Source: Sphyrna mokarran
Taxonomy: Eukaryota
DNA: 64,000 nucleotides
Direction: 5' to 3'
NCBI GenBank assembly: GCA_024679065.1
Contig: JAGIQG010000014.1
Coordinates: 17,918,001-17,982,000, forward strand
Under the pieces are notes generated by a model that saw only the letters and a program-made list of their open reading frames with translations, was not told where the DNA came from and did not search any database. Numbering within the stretch: the first letter of the stretch is position 1; each line of letters begins with the position of its first letter. The position numbers and the translations under genes were made by a program. Below are positions 48,811 to 61,193 of the stretch, in pieces.

Positions 48811-50484
48811 CACAATGACTATCTTCCTATAAACAATAGGATTTATATTGCAAGAAGAGGCAAAAAAATGCGAACGATTGTTTTGAAGCTGAATTTCAGA
48901 TGATAATTAAGTTTTTTTTCTTGGTGTGTTTACAAGTGGATCCTACGTTTGATTCTGTGAGTGTACAGTTAAAATTAGTCAGATTCAATGCGTGTCTTTT
49001 GCATGCTGCAAAACAAAATGAAACAATCCTAATTAATTAATATTTCCAAAAGTGACATAGTTCTTTTAAAGCTTCAGCATTATCAATTGGAAGGGGAGAG
49101 GGACAAAGAGAACAATTTGTTATCTGCAATTTTAATGAGTTGAATAATTTGAAGCTCATGTATTTTTTTAATGCAGTTAATTTTCCCATTAGTAAATGCC
49201 TGATGGCTAAAGCTCGATGCCTTTTGCTCTAAAAACTGGAATAGAACTGGATCTGCATGTATATTCTGGGACTGAATGAAAAATGAAGACTTAAAAATTG
49301 CTGTGTGACTTGAGGTGAATGAATTCCATCTTGGGGTGGGTGTGGAGGGGAGTGTGGGTGGGGTAGTGAGTGTGTAAAAGGAATACTTGTGAATCTTTTC
49401 CAAAAACTGAATAGATCATCGGTTACAATGTAGAATGTATTCCTGATTCACTCAATTTGCATGAACTCCTAAGACAATTTTTACCCCCGTCCTGAATTTT
49501 CCTTTCTTCCCCAATGATCTCTCCTTATTCCTCTCCCCAGAATTCTCGAAACTCACTGAGACTGAGGGCACAGAGACTAGCCATTTTTCCACGTGAGTCT
49601 AGACAGTGGGTGTGTTAGTGGAGTGTTCGATTGTCTTAAAAACATTGCCTTTTCTGAGAAATTCTCCATTCTATTTAAACCTCTAGCCCTCCGATGTGAA
49701 GCAGGCTCCCGTTGTGTGGTCTGTACCTGTGGAATTGCAATGTTGCAAGACTGACTGTCAGTCGGGGGTGGGGGGAAACTTCAAGTAAAAACCATCGCGC
49801 TAAAACAGAACAGGGAGATAGGTAACAAACCTTAAAGTGAACAAAGCCATAATTATTTGTAATGTATTTGCTTTCTGTTAATCATGACGAAGTTATTATG
49901 CTGTCTGCTGTAAGATCTTTTAACCCAGGTAACTGGCTGCCAGAGGTGTTAACACAAAACACATTGGGAATCATATTCCAATGTTGCCATGGGCGTAGCG
50001 TTTGCAACTATGTTTAGACATTTCTGTCAAAATAAGAAGGCAAATATATACGAAAGCATTTGAGCTGTTTACTAGGTGCTGTTGTTTCCCGGAAAACGAA
50101 GTTGGGTCTTGAGATGGGATGCAGCACCAACATTCTGGGACATATCGTGACAGCTCATCGTAGGCATTTACTGATTGCCTTCACAAAATCATAAATTAAA
50201 CTATAATCACGCCATTTGACCCACCACAGCCTAAAGCCTTTCTTAGTTTCAAAAAGTGAAACAGCAGACCATTCTCCAAAATGTACCCTGCTTTAAATTT
50301 ACTTTCTGCAGTGGCTCATGCTGAATGTTACTGCCTGCTTTGTGTCCATGTTGAAGTTGAATTGTGGTCCTCTGTGTTTTCAATATAAATGAGATAGCAG
50401 AACCCCTATCAGAATTTCTGTATTTTAAATGGATAATAATATAAAATACTTGGTTTCCTCCACAGCACATACGTTCTTCACTTG

Positions 50485-50672
50485 GATATGCATTCTTTTA
50501 TTATCGCTGGATCAAAATCCAGAAATTCCCCACTTGACAGCACTGAGTTTACCTTCACCACATGGGCTATTGCATTTGAAGGAGGCTCACGCAACCTTCT
50601 CAATGACAGCTGAGCATGGGCAATAAATGCCACCAGCCGTGCTAGCGATGCCCTTTTCCTTGTGAATGAATT
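50485..50672 (+). mobile_element. CR1/L2-group LINE 3' end
   Basis: TCGCTGGATCAAAATCC..CCACATGGGCTA..GAAGGAGGCTCAC..CCTTCTCAA..ATGGGCAATAAATGC..AGCGATGCCC; same family as 1985-2165. Confidence 0.65.
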
Positions 50673-51957
50673 GAGATAAAAAGCATACTATATCACAATG
50701 AACACAGATCAGGTCATTTTGCATAATGGATCAGTCTCCAGGTAAAAGTAAGTTTTGTGATTTGCAACAGATCTTTTAATTTGTTGTCATTTTAAGGTTG
50801 TAGATTCTATACCAATTTCATCTTCTGTATCCATTTGAAACACAGACTGGCTCTGCAAACATGCTGGTGGTGGCACAGCAGTGCCTCCAGTAGGAGGGCA
50901 ATGAAATTACAGTGTGATAGGTTTACATAGGTAGAGCCCATTATGTCAGAACTGGAAAGTAAATTTATAGTAAGGCTCAGGTAAGATTTTTAATGTAAAT
51001 AAAAATTGCACATATATATAAATAAATATGCATACATGAATAGGAATAATGAGTATTCTGAAAGCACAAAATTTAGAGAAATACCCTCATTAGCAATATT
51101 ACTTTTGATGAACACTAATCTGTCAAGATGATGAGGGAATCCATTGTTCAGTGGTTAAACTTAGGGGTAGATAATAGAGAAGGTCTTGTTCATTTATTTG
51201 GAACCATGGTTGTTAAGTTTAGAGCAAAGAATTTTGCTGCATTATAACCCTGTGACAAACCAAATTACCAAAAGTTTTTTTTTCTTAAATTAAAATGAGT
51301 AATTGCCAGAAGAGTCCAATGTGTTTGGAGACCCCAGGGTCTTAAAAAAACTAATGAGATATTTTGTTTCTTTTCCCTTCAGAGATAAACAAGCTGTATC
51401 GCTCCTTCAAAAAAAATTTAAAAATATTTTTTATTAAATTGGCACAAGTATCTGTTACCTCATAATTTTCCCCAGGTGACTTGTGTCACCATGGCAATTT
51501 CCGGCCTTAATGAAGGAAACCTAATTAGCAAAAGACTCGCTGATTGGTTTGCTGGTATAATTAACACAGGTGATGCTAATTAATTCCTAGGAAACCAACA
51601 GTTCATGGAAAATAAGCAGAGCTTTGCAATATTGCTTATTGGACCATGACATTTGGAAAGAATATTTTGAAGGGTGTATAATACGTTTTGGTAGGTCACA
51701 CAATTCGATGTTTGCATGACAGAAAATGACTGCAAAGTGTTTCCTGTGCTTTGATTGGATTCGTCTCTCCCTCTCTCTCTCTCCACCACCATGCCTCTCC
51801 CCACGCTACTCCCCCCGTCCCACCTTGGTTATTTTTACATTTGTGCTCGCCAGGGAATCATTAATCTCTCCATTTTCCATCTAGCACTGGAAAAAAAACA
51901 ATAGGCAAATCTTTTTTTTAAAGTGAAATTGGCACTGAAATCGGGAAGGATAAGAAA

Positions 51958-52140
51958 AGGCATGTACTTTTCACATTTTTGAGACATGCTGAAGTACTTC
52001 ACAGCCAATGGACTATCTCTGATCTGCAGTCACTGTTGCTGTTTAGGCAACCATGGTAATTTGTGCACAGTAAGATCCCCCCAAACAGTACTGAGGTAAT
52101 GAGGAGTTAACCCGCTTTGCCAGCTTTAGTTAGGAGGTTG
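51958..52140 (-). mobile_element. Deu-domain SINE 3' half
   Basis: CTTCACAGCCAATG..GCAGTCACTGTTG..TTTGTGCACAGTAAGATCCC. Confidence 0.6.
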
Positions 52141-53078
52141 AAAATAATTCAGTCAATAACTTCCCTGTACCTGTTCCCCAGCCTTGTAAATCCAGTTGAC
52201 TGGGCCTCAGGCTCAGCTGTGATGCCCATTGCAGTCAAACAGCCTGCTGATTTAGCCCATGGACAAGATGACATGTGCTGGTCCCTATAGAACCATGCCA
52301 CAAGCTGAGTTAGCTGTTGAAGAAGAGAATATTGATAGTGATGCTCCCATTACACTTTTCTCGCTTCTTCCACTGTTCTTAACTCTGATGTTACATTATT
52401 TTAACTGTCGACTTCTCTATGCACGTCAGACCGAGTGAGGAGGGTGGGGGAGGGTGGGGTGGGGTGGGGTGGGGGAGCTTTGCAGGGTAGGAGCAGAAGA
52501 CCTAGACTTGTTCCTGGCAATGGTACCCGGCACAGTTCCTCTGCCCAAATTTGAATGCTGGCCCATCACTAGGATGAACAGCCGGTGCATGATCAGAAAC
52601 TGCTGTTAATCACCAACCGCCACACATTAGCAAATGATTTGATTGATTGGAAACATCTTTTATTGGCTGCAGGCCCTTCACACAGCTCTACGACAATCTA
52701 CAAATAGCGACAAGCTGGGAGAAAAGCACTTTGGATACAACTTACTATGACGGAACATCGCCTGCCACAGTCCTGTGACTTTGACTGTGGCGGAGTTCTC
52801 TGATGTTGTATGTGCTGTCAGTGAGAACGGAGAATTTGGTGCTTAGCCAAATTTACCCATTCACTGCAATGGGATGGGAGAATTCCCGCACCGGGTGAGA
52901 CTGTAGAATCCTAGCTCATATTTACATGATTGTGCTCTAAGCTGCCATTTGCTATCAGGCCAAATCCTCCTTGCTCAAATTCCTCCTTCCTTGCATCCAG
53001 TTTAGTTGGTAGATGGCGATTTGGAGGTGTCACTGCACATTTGGCTGGTGGAAGAGAATAGGAGTCACAACCTATGAT

Positions 53079-53400
53079 GGGCAGTACCGTGCCACAATGG
53101 TTAGCACTGCTGCCTCACAGCACCAGAGACCTGAGTTCAATTCTGGCCTCTAGTCAATGTCTATGTGGAGTTTGCATGTTCTCCCCATGTCTGCTTGGGT
53201 TTCCTCTGGGTCCTCCGGTTTCCTCGCACACTTGAAAGATGTGCATGTTAAATTGATTGGCCATGCTAAATTGATCTTTAGTATCAGAGGGATTAGCAGG
53301 GTAAATAACTGGGGTTACAAGAATAGGGCCTAGTGGGATTGTGGTCGGTACAGACTTGATGGGCCGAATGGTCTCCTTCTGTACTCTAGGGGTTCGATGA
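53079..53400 (+). mobile_element. HE1 V-SINE, CR1-type tail
   Basis: Head TGGTTAGCACTGCTGCCTCACAG, V-core, tail GATGGGCCGAATGGTCTCCTTCTGTAC. Confidence 0.92.
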
Positions 53401-55054
53401 GAGTTGTATCAACTGCATTGCCTGGTTTGGACAGAGAGCAGCTGGTTTTTACTCTCCAGAATCTCCTTCATGTTCTCTTCCCCTCCTGAACGTCTTGAAT
53501 CGCTCACCTGGGTGCACTCCCTTTGCCACTGGTTTCTTTCTGCTGTCCCCATCAAGCGGTGACTCTTGCTGGCTTGCAGGAGGGAGGGCATCACAGCCCA
53601 GTCTATTCCGGTGAACGCTTGACAGCTACACAGCTATATTAGTAAGTCCAGGCTTTATGTCTGCACAGTCTCTGATTAGTACAGGTGCAACACTGGTTAA
53701 GAACATGGCCCTGAGCATTTAGTTTAGCTCATGGGAGTCTTTGCTTTGATAAAACTGGCTTCCTTATCTGGAGAAGAAATCAGTGGGTTTATGATAACCG
53801 CTAGCTGTGGTTAAGAAATATGTGAACTCATGTACGAAAACTGGATGCCTAGGATGCCAATTCTTAAAATGCTAAGTGAGAAAAGTGCCTTCTGAGTCTG
53901 ATTGGAAATACTCTCTGTGAGTGAAGGTAGAATAAATCTAGCAAATCAGAATGGTGGAAAAGATATAATCTTATCTAGTTTTATTATCTGATCCCAGCTT
54001 TTGGTCTTTCAGTGAAGTGTTGAAAATGATAGGTGAGAAAGTCCTGACCCACCCCATCATTAGCTTGGCCACTGATTTCATTGACTTTCCTCTATCTTCC
54101 TTTAATCCTGGACCCAGTGATTGGACACTCTATAAGCTGCTGGCTGCACATAGTGGAGGTGGGACGACAACATTTTGGTACTAAATTCTGATGGCGTCTT
54201 GAGAAAAATTACATAAAAATAACCAGAAAGTTGTTTCGTTAAGTGACTTAGCGGACTAAGCCAATCCTGACTAAGGTGCTAACAAACGTTACTATGGTAG
54301 GGAAGGGAATAAACACCCACCAAGGTTCCAACCATCTGGTCATCATCCAGCGACTGCTGCTGGTAATGCGCACATATCTCCAGTAGTGAAGGATAGGATC
54401 AGTCCAGCAGGATGTGTTTGAACAATCAGCCCAATATCTCAACTGACAAAAATCATGACCTCGCGGGTGAGATCTTGAAGGAATCTCATCAATCAAGAAT
54501 CAGAGCGATCCAGAGGAGAAAATTCTCAAAGAATTAAGCTTATTGGAGTAGCTTCATGATAGATACATCTATGGGTTCCTGTGCCTACAGAAAGCTTTAT
54601 ATTCAAGTTATGTCAACATTATGTTGAGCTACTTTGATTTATCCTGCTGTGTGAACTGTTTCTTTTCTTATCTACCTAAACAACCTTTTTTACCAATAGT
54701 TAGTTCTCTCCTTATTCATCTCCATTTGTCTCACTTCCTGTCCTGTTTGTGTCTTTCTGTTTGTCATCATAGCTAGTTTTGTCTGTTGCCCGTTAGTCTC
54801 TCTTTCCCTCTTTGTTCCTATTATTGTGCGAATATCTGATTTTGATTCCTTCTTCTTTCTCTTTCTTATTTCTCCCTCTATCTTATGGGTTAATATTTGT
54901 CATTCTTGGATTGATCCTTAATCCAGCAGCGTCTTTTTGACATATTTTCCAAACGCCTCACTGTATATTTCATTTTCCTGTTTATATAGTATGAATATTA
55001 AAAGAAAAAAGTGTTGAATCTAAATAATGTTTTTCAGTGAGTCATGATTTCTCA

Positions 55055-55116
55055 AAGCACAATAACTTCATTGCAGTGTTAATGTAAGCCTGCTTGTGAC
55101 GAATAAATAAACTTTT
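55055..55116 (+). mobile_element. orphan tail-B V-SINE 3' end
   Basis: CACAATAACTTCATTGCAGTGTTAATGTAAGCCTGCTTGTGACGAATAAATAAACTTT. Confidence 0.8.
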
Positions 55117-55124
55117 ACACTTTA

Positions 55125-55955
55125 TTCTGCAAGCAATGAATTGGTTTAGCCATCCAGACACTTTTGTAATGTTGGAGATATGACAGCCAATTTGTACAGA
55201 GCACAATCCCAGCAATACCAATGCGATTATAACCAGGTAATCTGTTCTAATGGTGTTGGTTGAGGTTTGTTGGTTTAGCCTGGACACCAATGTCAGCTGT
55301 GATAGCATTCTCACTCATGAGTTGCAATGTTTATGGGTTTGTGTCTCAGGCTCGGACCTGAGCACAAACTAAAGATTGCATGACAATCCTGCGCAGCACA
55401 GAAGGAGTGCTGCGATGTTGAACGTGCTCTCTTTCAGGTGAGGTGTCAGACTGATGCCCCATCAGGTAAAGTATTGCATGCCACAATTTTGAAGAAGAGT
55501 AGGAGAGTTATCCTGATGTCTAGGCCAATGTTTATCCCTCGGGAAAGATCACTTTAATAGATGACCTGGTCATTATCACATTGCTATTTCTGAAAGATTG
55601 CTATGTGCAAATTGCCTGCCATTTTTCCTACAATAGTTTCCGACATACTTTAAGTTATGTATTGGCTATAAAATGCTTTGAGATAGTTTGAGGTCATGAA
55701 AGGCTCGATATAAATGCAATTTTTTTTAATTGCTGTGTATAACTTGCCTGCTTTGTTCAACCAGTGCAATGGCATCTTTTACATTTGCCTAAGATGGCAG
55801 GCAGGACTTTGGTTTAATATTTCACTCAGCAATGCAGAACTCCCTCGGTGCAGAGGAGTATCAGTGTATACTTGGTATTCAAACCTCTAGTGAAGGCCTT
55901 AATTCCACAAGTTTCTGACTTGGACAAGATTATTATCCACTGAGCCATGGATGAC
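55125..55955 (-). mobile_element. Deu-domain SINE (minus) split by a plus-strand Deu-SINE
   Basis: The 3' half is at 55125-55290 (CAGCCAATTTGTACAGAGCACAATCCC) and the 5' half at 55745-55955 (CAATGCAGAACTCCCTCGGT..TTCTGACTT..ATCCACTGAGCCA). Confidence 0.6.
55290..55720 (+). mobile_element. near full-length Deu-domain SINE
   Basis: Head, then the Deu core (GAAGAAGAGTAGGAGAGTTATCCTGATGTCTAGGCCAATGTTTATCCCTC..CTGGTCATTATCACATTGCT), then the tail GAAAGGCTCGATATAAATGCAA. Confidence 0.75.
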
Positions 55956-57334
55956 CTCTATTGGGGCATCATAATGATGACATATGTTGTAGGGTCAGTT
56001 CAGAAGATTTCCTTCTGAATTTGCAGCCTTTCTCAAGGAAAGCATAGATTGAGGAAACAGACATAGAGGTTGGTGACATATCCGATTTTCCAGTGATAGA
56101 ATTTTGTCAAATAAAAGTTGGACAATTTACAGATCAGGAGTCCTAATCAACAGGTCACTTTCTCTGGTACATCATGGTGTTGTGCGAGGGAGACAGGCTG
56201 ACTGATTTTTATCCTTTCAATCTAACCCAGGTCTTATTTACGAATCCAGCTTCTCTTGCTTTCTCCTGCCTTCTCTTAGAAACTGCTTATTCATGCTGGG
56301 GTACAGCCCATGTACAGTGGGAACCCCTTGGTATCTTCCTTAAAAGGTGACACTTTTACACATGAATGTTGTTAAGCTAATTGACCACAGGGGCATCATG
56401 GACAAACTCAATGATCATGTCCTTTCTAGTTGGGTCAATGAATTGCAAGCAAGAGTTAGCCTTCTGGTGGATTATATTTTCAGTCTAGCCAATTTGCACT
56501 AATATCAACTATATCAGCCTTGCCTGTGCCTGTCTGACTAATATCAGCAACAATCAGTTGTCCAACTACAAAAAGAGAAAATGGTGTTGGCTTCTTCTGG
56601 GGTTTGAATGAGTGCCCACCTACACTGGTAATGTAACATCATTGTGTATCAACTGACTAGGAAGAGGCAGTGATGGTGACTAAAGACAGTGCTTGCAGTA
56701 ATGTGATCCAGACCAACCTAACTGGACACCACTTCACTTACACCAAACCCTCCATAGCCTCACCCTGCTCACCTTACTATCGAATGATGACCAGTCAAGG
56801 AGGAAGAACTGAGAATGAACATTATTACATTTTTCTCATTAATTAAATGGTGATCATACGCTTGTCTTGCAGCTTGAAGCCAGCTAACTTGTCCAACAGC
56901 TGTGAGTGGTTCACATTGACCTGCTTCAGACCTCCTCGGCACAGACTTCAAACACATTTCCTCAACATAACTCATATCCAGCAAAGTCACAGCAACCTTG
57001 TAGAGAGAAATGTATGGCCAGCTGACCACCCAGATATCGGTCAGCGAGCAAGATCTCCAAAAATAAATAAAATTGCAATATATTGAACCATACAACAGTT
57101 GTTACTGTACAGCCAAAGGTTTGCATTAGAAGTAGACTCTTTCTCACCTGAGACAGTTGTAAAGAAGAAGACACTATATTTACTGTGTCTTGTCGTATAT
57201 ACTGTGAATTCTTAATCACACCGATTCCAATAAATTAATTTCAGTACAGTTCCTGTTAATGGTTTTATGTAGTTTACAGCATCTAGTTCTTGATTGTAAT
57301 GAACTGCTGAGGTCACACTATGGGCTACTTATAG

Positions 57335-57700
57335 AGGCCAGTGAATGGTGCAGTTCTATTGTTGGTATGTAAATGCACCATATAGAATGGATCTGAGCCA
57401 CATTAAATGCAAAGATCTTAAGCCCATTCCCTCTTAGACATTTGTTTAGCTGCTATCAGTTATTGTTGGGGATTGCAGGCAGAGCAATTGGCTTCTATAT
57501 TTCACTGAACTACAGAAAGGAAATGTAGCTACAGAGTCCTGATTACCATCCAGTGCCTCTGCTGTATCATGTGCATCCGTGCACAGTGAGTGTTGACTGA
57601 ATGAACTCTCCATCAAATGCATAGCTTGGGTTTACACTGGACATGCTACTTCAGGGCCACCAACTATCATGGAACTGTATCCTAACAGGAGTCAGCGCCC
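57335..57700 (+). mobile_element. very old SINE-like interspersed repeat (unnamed family)
   Basis: Shares motifs (TTAGCTG.T.TCAG, CAATTGG, CCTGATTACCATCCAGTG, GGAACTGTATCC..AGGAGTCAGC) with decayed segments near 19980, 22740, 38805, 40378, 56290 and 62600. Confidence 0.4.
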
Positions 57701-57769
57701 TGGATTTTTCGATCATTATCCCAAGGGCACTCCATTCATTTTAAATGCATTCCCATTGATATTCCAATC

Positions 57770-57904
57770 AAATTGCAACTTAGTTTCAGGGCAACCAGCG
57801 TGGTAAATAAGTGGGGTTACAGGGATAGGGCCTGAGTGGGATTACTGGGGATTGTTGTCAGTGCAGGATCAATGGCCGTCTTCTGTACTGCAGTGGTTCT
57901 ATGA
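57770..57904 (+). mobile_element. HE1 V-SINE 3' half
   Basis: GTAAATAAGTGGGGTTACAGGGATAGGGCCTGAGTGGGATT...TTCTGTACTGCAGTGGTTCTATGA matches the tails of the full copies. Confidence 0.75.
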
Positions 57905-59339
57905 AAAAAAGCTAAGCTCATCTTAAGGAGTAATGTGATAAAATATACAAAACTAATTTTAAAGTAAAACAAACTTTTAAATAGATTGTACTGAGAAGTT
58001 TTGAAATTGCATTCCATCAGGCAACAGGGCTGTTTTGCGATTAGATTAACTGGTTTGCTGTAAGGTGTACAGGTTGTTGGTAGGATTTACGGGTTTGTAG
58101 TGAGATCTTTATAAGCAAGGTGGCTACACGGATTCTTCAAAGATGTGGAAAATGAACACACCTGTCCTTAATCTCCTGGTGAAAAAGTATTGGATTAGAT
58201 GGCTGCAAGCTCATATGCCGGTGTGGGCACAGGCTGACCAGCTGGAATCCATAAACGAGCTTAACCCAGGTGATGCCAAAAGATATCTTCACCCTACCCA
58301 GCTCTCCATTTCTTTTCCTAGAGAGGCTGATGGTGAACTGACATGGCTGGCTCTATAATAAGCTCACCAGGGTGCCCTTTACTCTGGCATAAGTGGCTGC
58401 AGGCAAGTGAAATTCCAAAAGCACCACACGCGGGACTGACCCTGCCCTTGTCTGACATCCACCTTGCTCGCACCTCCTGCCCACAGGGGGTACTGGGAAT
58501 TGCCGCAGGGCCTTGCATTCAGGAGCTGGTGCTTTCAAGAGAGGAAAGGAGCAACTAGAGCGGGAAGAAAAGAGCTTTACAGATTTGACGTTTCACAATA
58601 TCATCCACCTGTCTGTGTTGATCTGACATTAGGGGACCAGATGCTCTAAAGTGAAAAAAAAATATATACCAAATGTGATTTCTGAATGTGTTGTTAACTA
58701 GAAAATGCTCTTTAGTAAATGCAGGATAGAGAGGAGAACATAGGAATAAAGTTGTCTGATGCTCATATCATTTAATAGCAGAGAGCAGCTGAGTCTGAAA
58801 GGCAGCCTGTCACGCCATGTCAAACTGACATTTCATGACATTAATTAGTTCGGACAATTTTTACCCGTTGTGAACTAGACGGCAGGAGAAAGTGTAGCAT
58901 CCTTCAAGAGAGTAGCAGCTAATCGATAGCTCGAGACGAGCAATGAGCTTGCTCCCCATTACGTTGAGATCAGGGTTTGGCAGCAGAAAGCAGGGATTGC
59001 CTGCCTGAATCCAGGAGAATGAACAGAGATATATGTCGATAATATTGTATGTGTGAGTGTATGCAAACATAAATGTCTCATTCCTTTCAGATATATCGAA
59101 ATTTAAATATGTCTACATCATCAAACTTCAAACAAAATTCTTTACTTCTCTGTACTCTTCGCCTTTCCCTCATTTTCTGCTTTACGTTTCCTCATTGGTT
59201 ATTTCTATCTATTAGGGTAGATATTTCTGTGTGCAGTGTTAATGGCTAACGTTCTCCTTATTATTTAAGAAATGTAAATCCATTTATTCAAATGCGTTAG
59301 AAATTGGGGATAGGGTTTGACTGCTTTGATTTATTAAAC

Positions 59340-59680
59340 GTTTGTTTCTTTATGCTCTCACTTTGTCACTATTTTCAGTTCTGCTTTTTCTCTCCCTCAT
59401 TTCCCCCTACTTCTCTTCTTTGAATCTATTTTACACTCTGTTTTTTTATTTCACACCGCTCCTATCTCTTTCTTCTTTCTGCCTCTTTTCCCTTCATTTT
59501 CGCCTCTCTCATTCTCTCCATTTCCTGTTTCTATTCCTCTGAATTTTCTCTTTCCTTTATTTTTCTCAATCTCAGTCTCCATACTTCTGTTTTCTCACCA
59601 TCCATTTTGCTTCCTATTTTCTTGTTGATTTTGTCCCTCTCCTGTAGTGTCCTCCCCCCTCCCCCACCGTGTCTCCCTTT
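59340..59680. repeat. pyrimidine-rich low-complexity tract
   Basis: Strong C/T bias on the + strand; a similar tract lies at 54660-54890. Confidence 0.8.
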
Positions 59681-60534
59681 CAATTGATAGATTGTTTTCC
59701 TGGCCTCCAATGCCACTCGCAGCCTATACTCAAAACTCCTCAAACGCTCTTCGATGACAGCGCTTGCTACTGTGACAATGACCGATAATCGGAAGAGCTG
59801 AAAGGAACTGGAAGATTTCCCAGTCAATTTGTATGACAGAATTACTCAGAAGCCTACAGGGACGAAGAAAATAAGTCAATGGTGAATTTGCAAAACCAAA
59901 TCCAGCTGTACATGGAGACCACTGAATAACAGTGGTTTCCTTCATCAATCAAAGAAAATGAGGAGTTATTTTCTGATAGAATTATTAACTCTACATGTCA
60001 TACATTAATACTCTGATCTCTTGGCCTCCTCGTCGTCCTCCTCCTATCTCCTGTTGTATTTAAGAATCTAAGTTTACTATTGATTTGACTGTGTGAGCAT
60101 TTTTACATTTGTTTATTTGGCCTCTTGCTGACTGACCTTCTCTGGCTAGCTCATACAACTAACTGGACAACCTAGTTTTTGACACTGACCAACACTTATT
60201 TCTCCATGGGTACTTCTCCGATCTCAAGTCTGTATAGTCAGTTTAAGTCCCAGCCCTCAAATACTCAATCACTGGAGCTATTTGCTGCAATCAGCTGATT
60301 CTTCCAAAGAAGGGGAGGGAAAACACCCCTTGCTGTGGAGAAAGCCTCAAAGGCATACTGGACAAATTCACCATGCAGTGTGCTGCAGAGGTATTCAACC
60401 CAGGAGGTTTAAGATTCAATAAGTGTTCTAGTGTGCTGAGTTAGTCAGCTTCAAAGTCCCTACTCCTCATCACTACCTAATCATCCCATTTGGAAGTGGG
60501 TAAAACCTTTCTTTTACCAAAATATGCAGGAAAT

Positions 60535-60785
60535 GGGTTTCCACTGCAATGAGGAAAAATTGTTTCTTTCAGAGGATGGTGAGTCTTTGGAAGTCTCTTC
60601 CTCAAAAGGCAGTTGAAGCAGAATCTTTGAATATTTTTGGTCTTGATGACCAACGGGATGAAAGGTTAATAGCAGTAGACCAGAATGCGAAGTTGAGTTT
60701 AAAATCAGATCGGCCATGATCTTATTGAATGGTTCATGGAGTAGGCATAAAATGCAGAGTGTCCTATTCCTGCTTCTCATTCAGA
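60535..60785 (+). mobile_element. CR1 LINE 3' end
   Basis: ATGAGGAAAAATTGTTTC..CAGAGGATGGTGAGTCTTTGGAAGTCTCTTCCTCAAAAGGCAG..ATCAGATCGGCCATGATCTTATTGAATGG; same family as 3610. Confidence 0.8.
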
Positions 60786-60886
60786 TAAATGATGTGCATA
60801 TAAGTCCAGTTAACTTGCTGTTGAAATTGTGGAAGTGTAGAGTTTCTGAGGGATTATGGCATTAAATAGTTGCTGATTCTCCTGCA

Positions 60887-61193
60887 GAGTGGCACAGCAC
60901 AATGGTTAGCACTGCTGCCTCAAAGCACCAGGGACCCGGGTTCAATTTGAGTGACTGTGTGGAATTTGCACAATCTCTCGGTGTCTGCATGAGTTTCCTC
61001 TGGATGCTGTGATTTTCTTCCACACTCCAAAGATGTGCAGGTTAGGTTGATTGGCCATGCTAAATTCTCCTAGTGTCAGGGGGCTTAGCAGAGTGAGTAT
61101 GTGGGGTTATGGGAATAAGGTCTGGGTCCGATTGTGGTCAATATAGACACAATAAGCTGAATGGCTTCCTCCTATACTGTAGGAATTCTATGA
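60887..61193 (+). mobile_element. HE1 V-SINE, CR1-type tail
   Basis: Head TGGTTAGCACTGCTGCCTCA..CCGGGTTCAA, V-core, tail CTGAATGGCTTCCTCCTATACTGTAGGAATTCTATG. Confidence 0.9.

Noticed and set aside
50790-50990. Exon ending at a strong donor CAG|GTAAGA, and a CTCF-like site CCAGTAGGAGGGCA
   Set aside because: No convincing open frame, and single motif matches are expected by chance.
59690-59930. Coding exon after a long pyrimidine tract
   Set aside because: The frames I translated from the candidate acceptor hit stops within about 25 codons, and I see no good donor.
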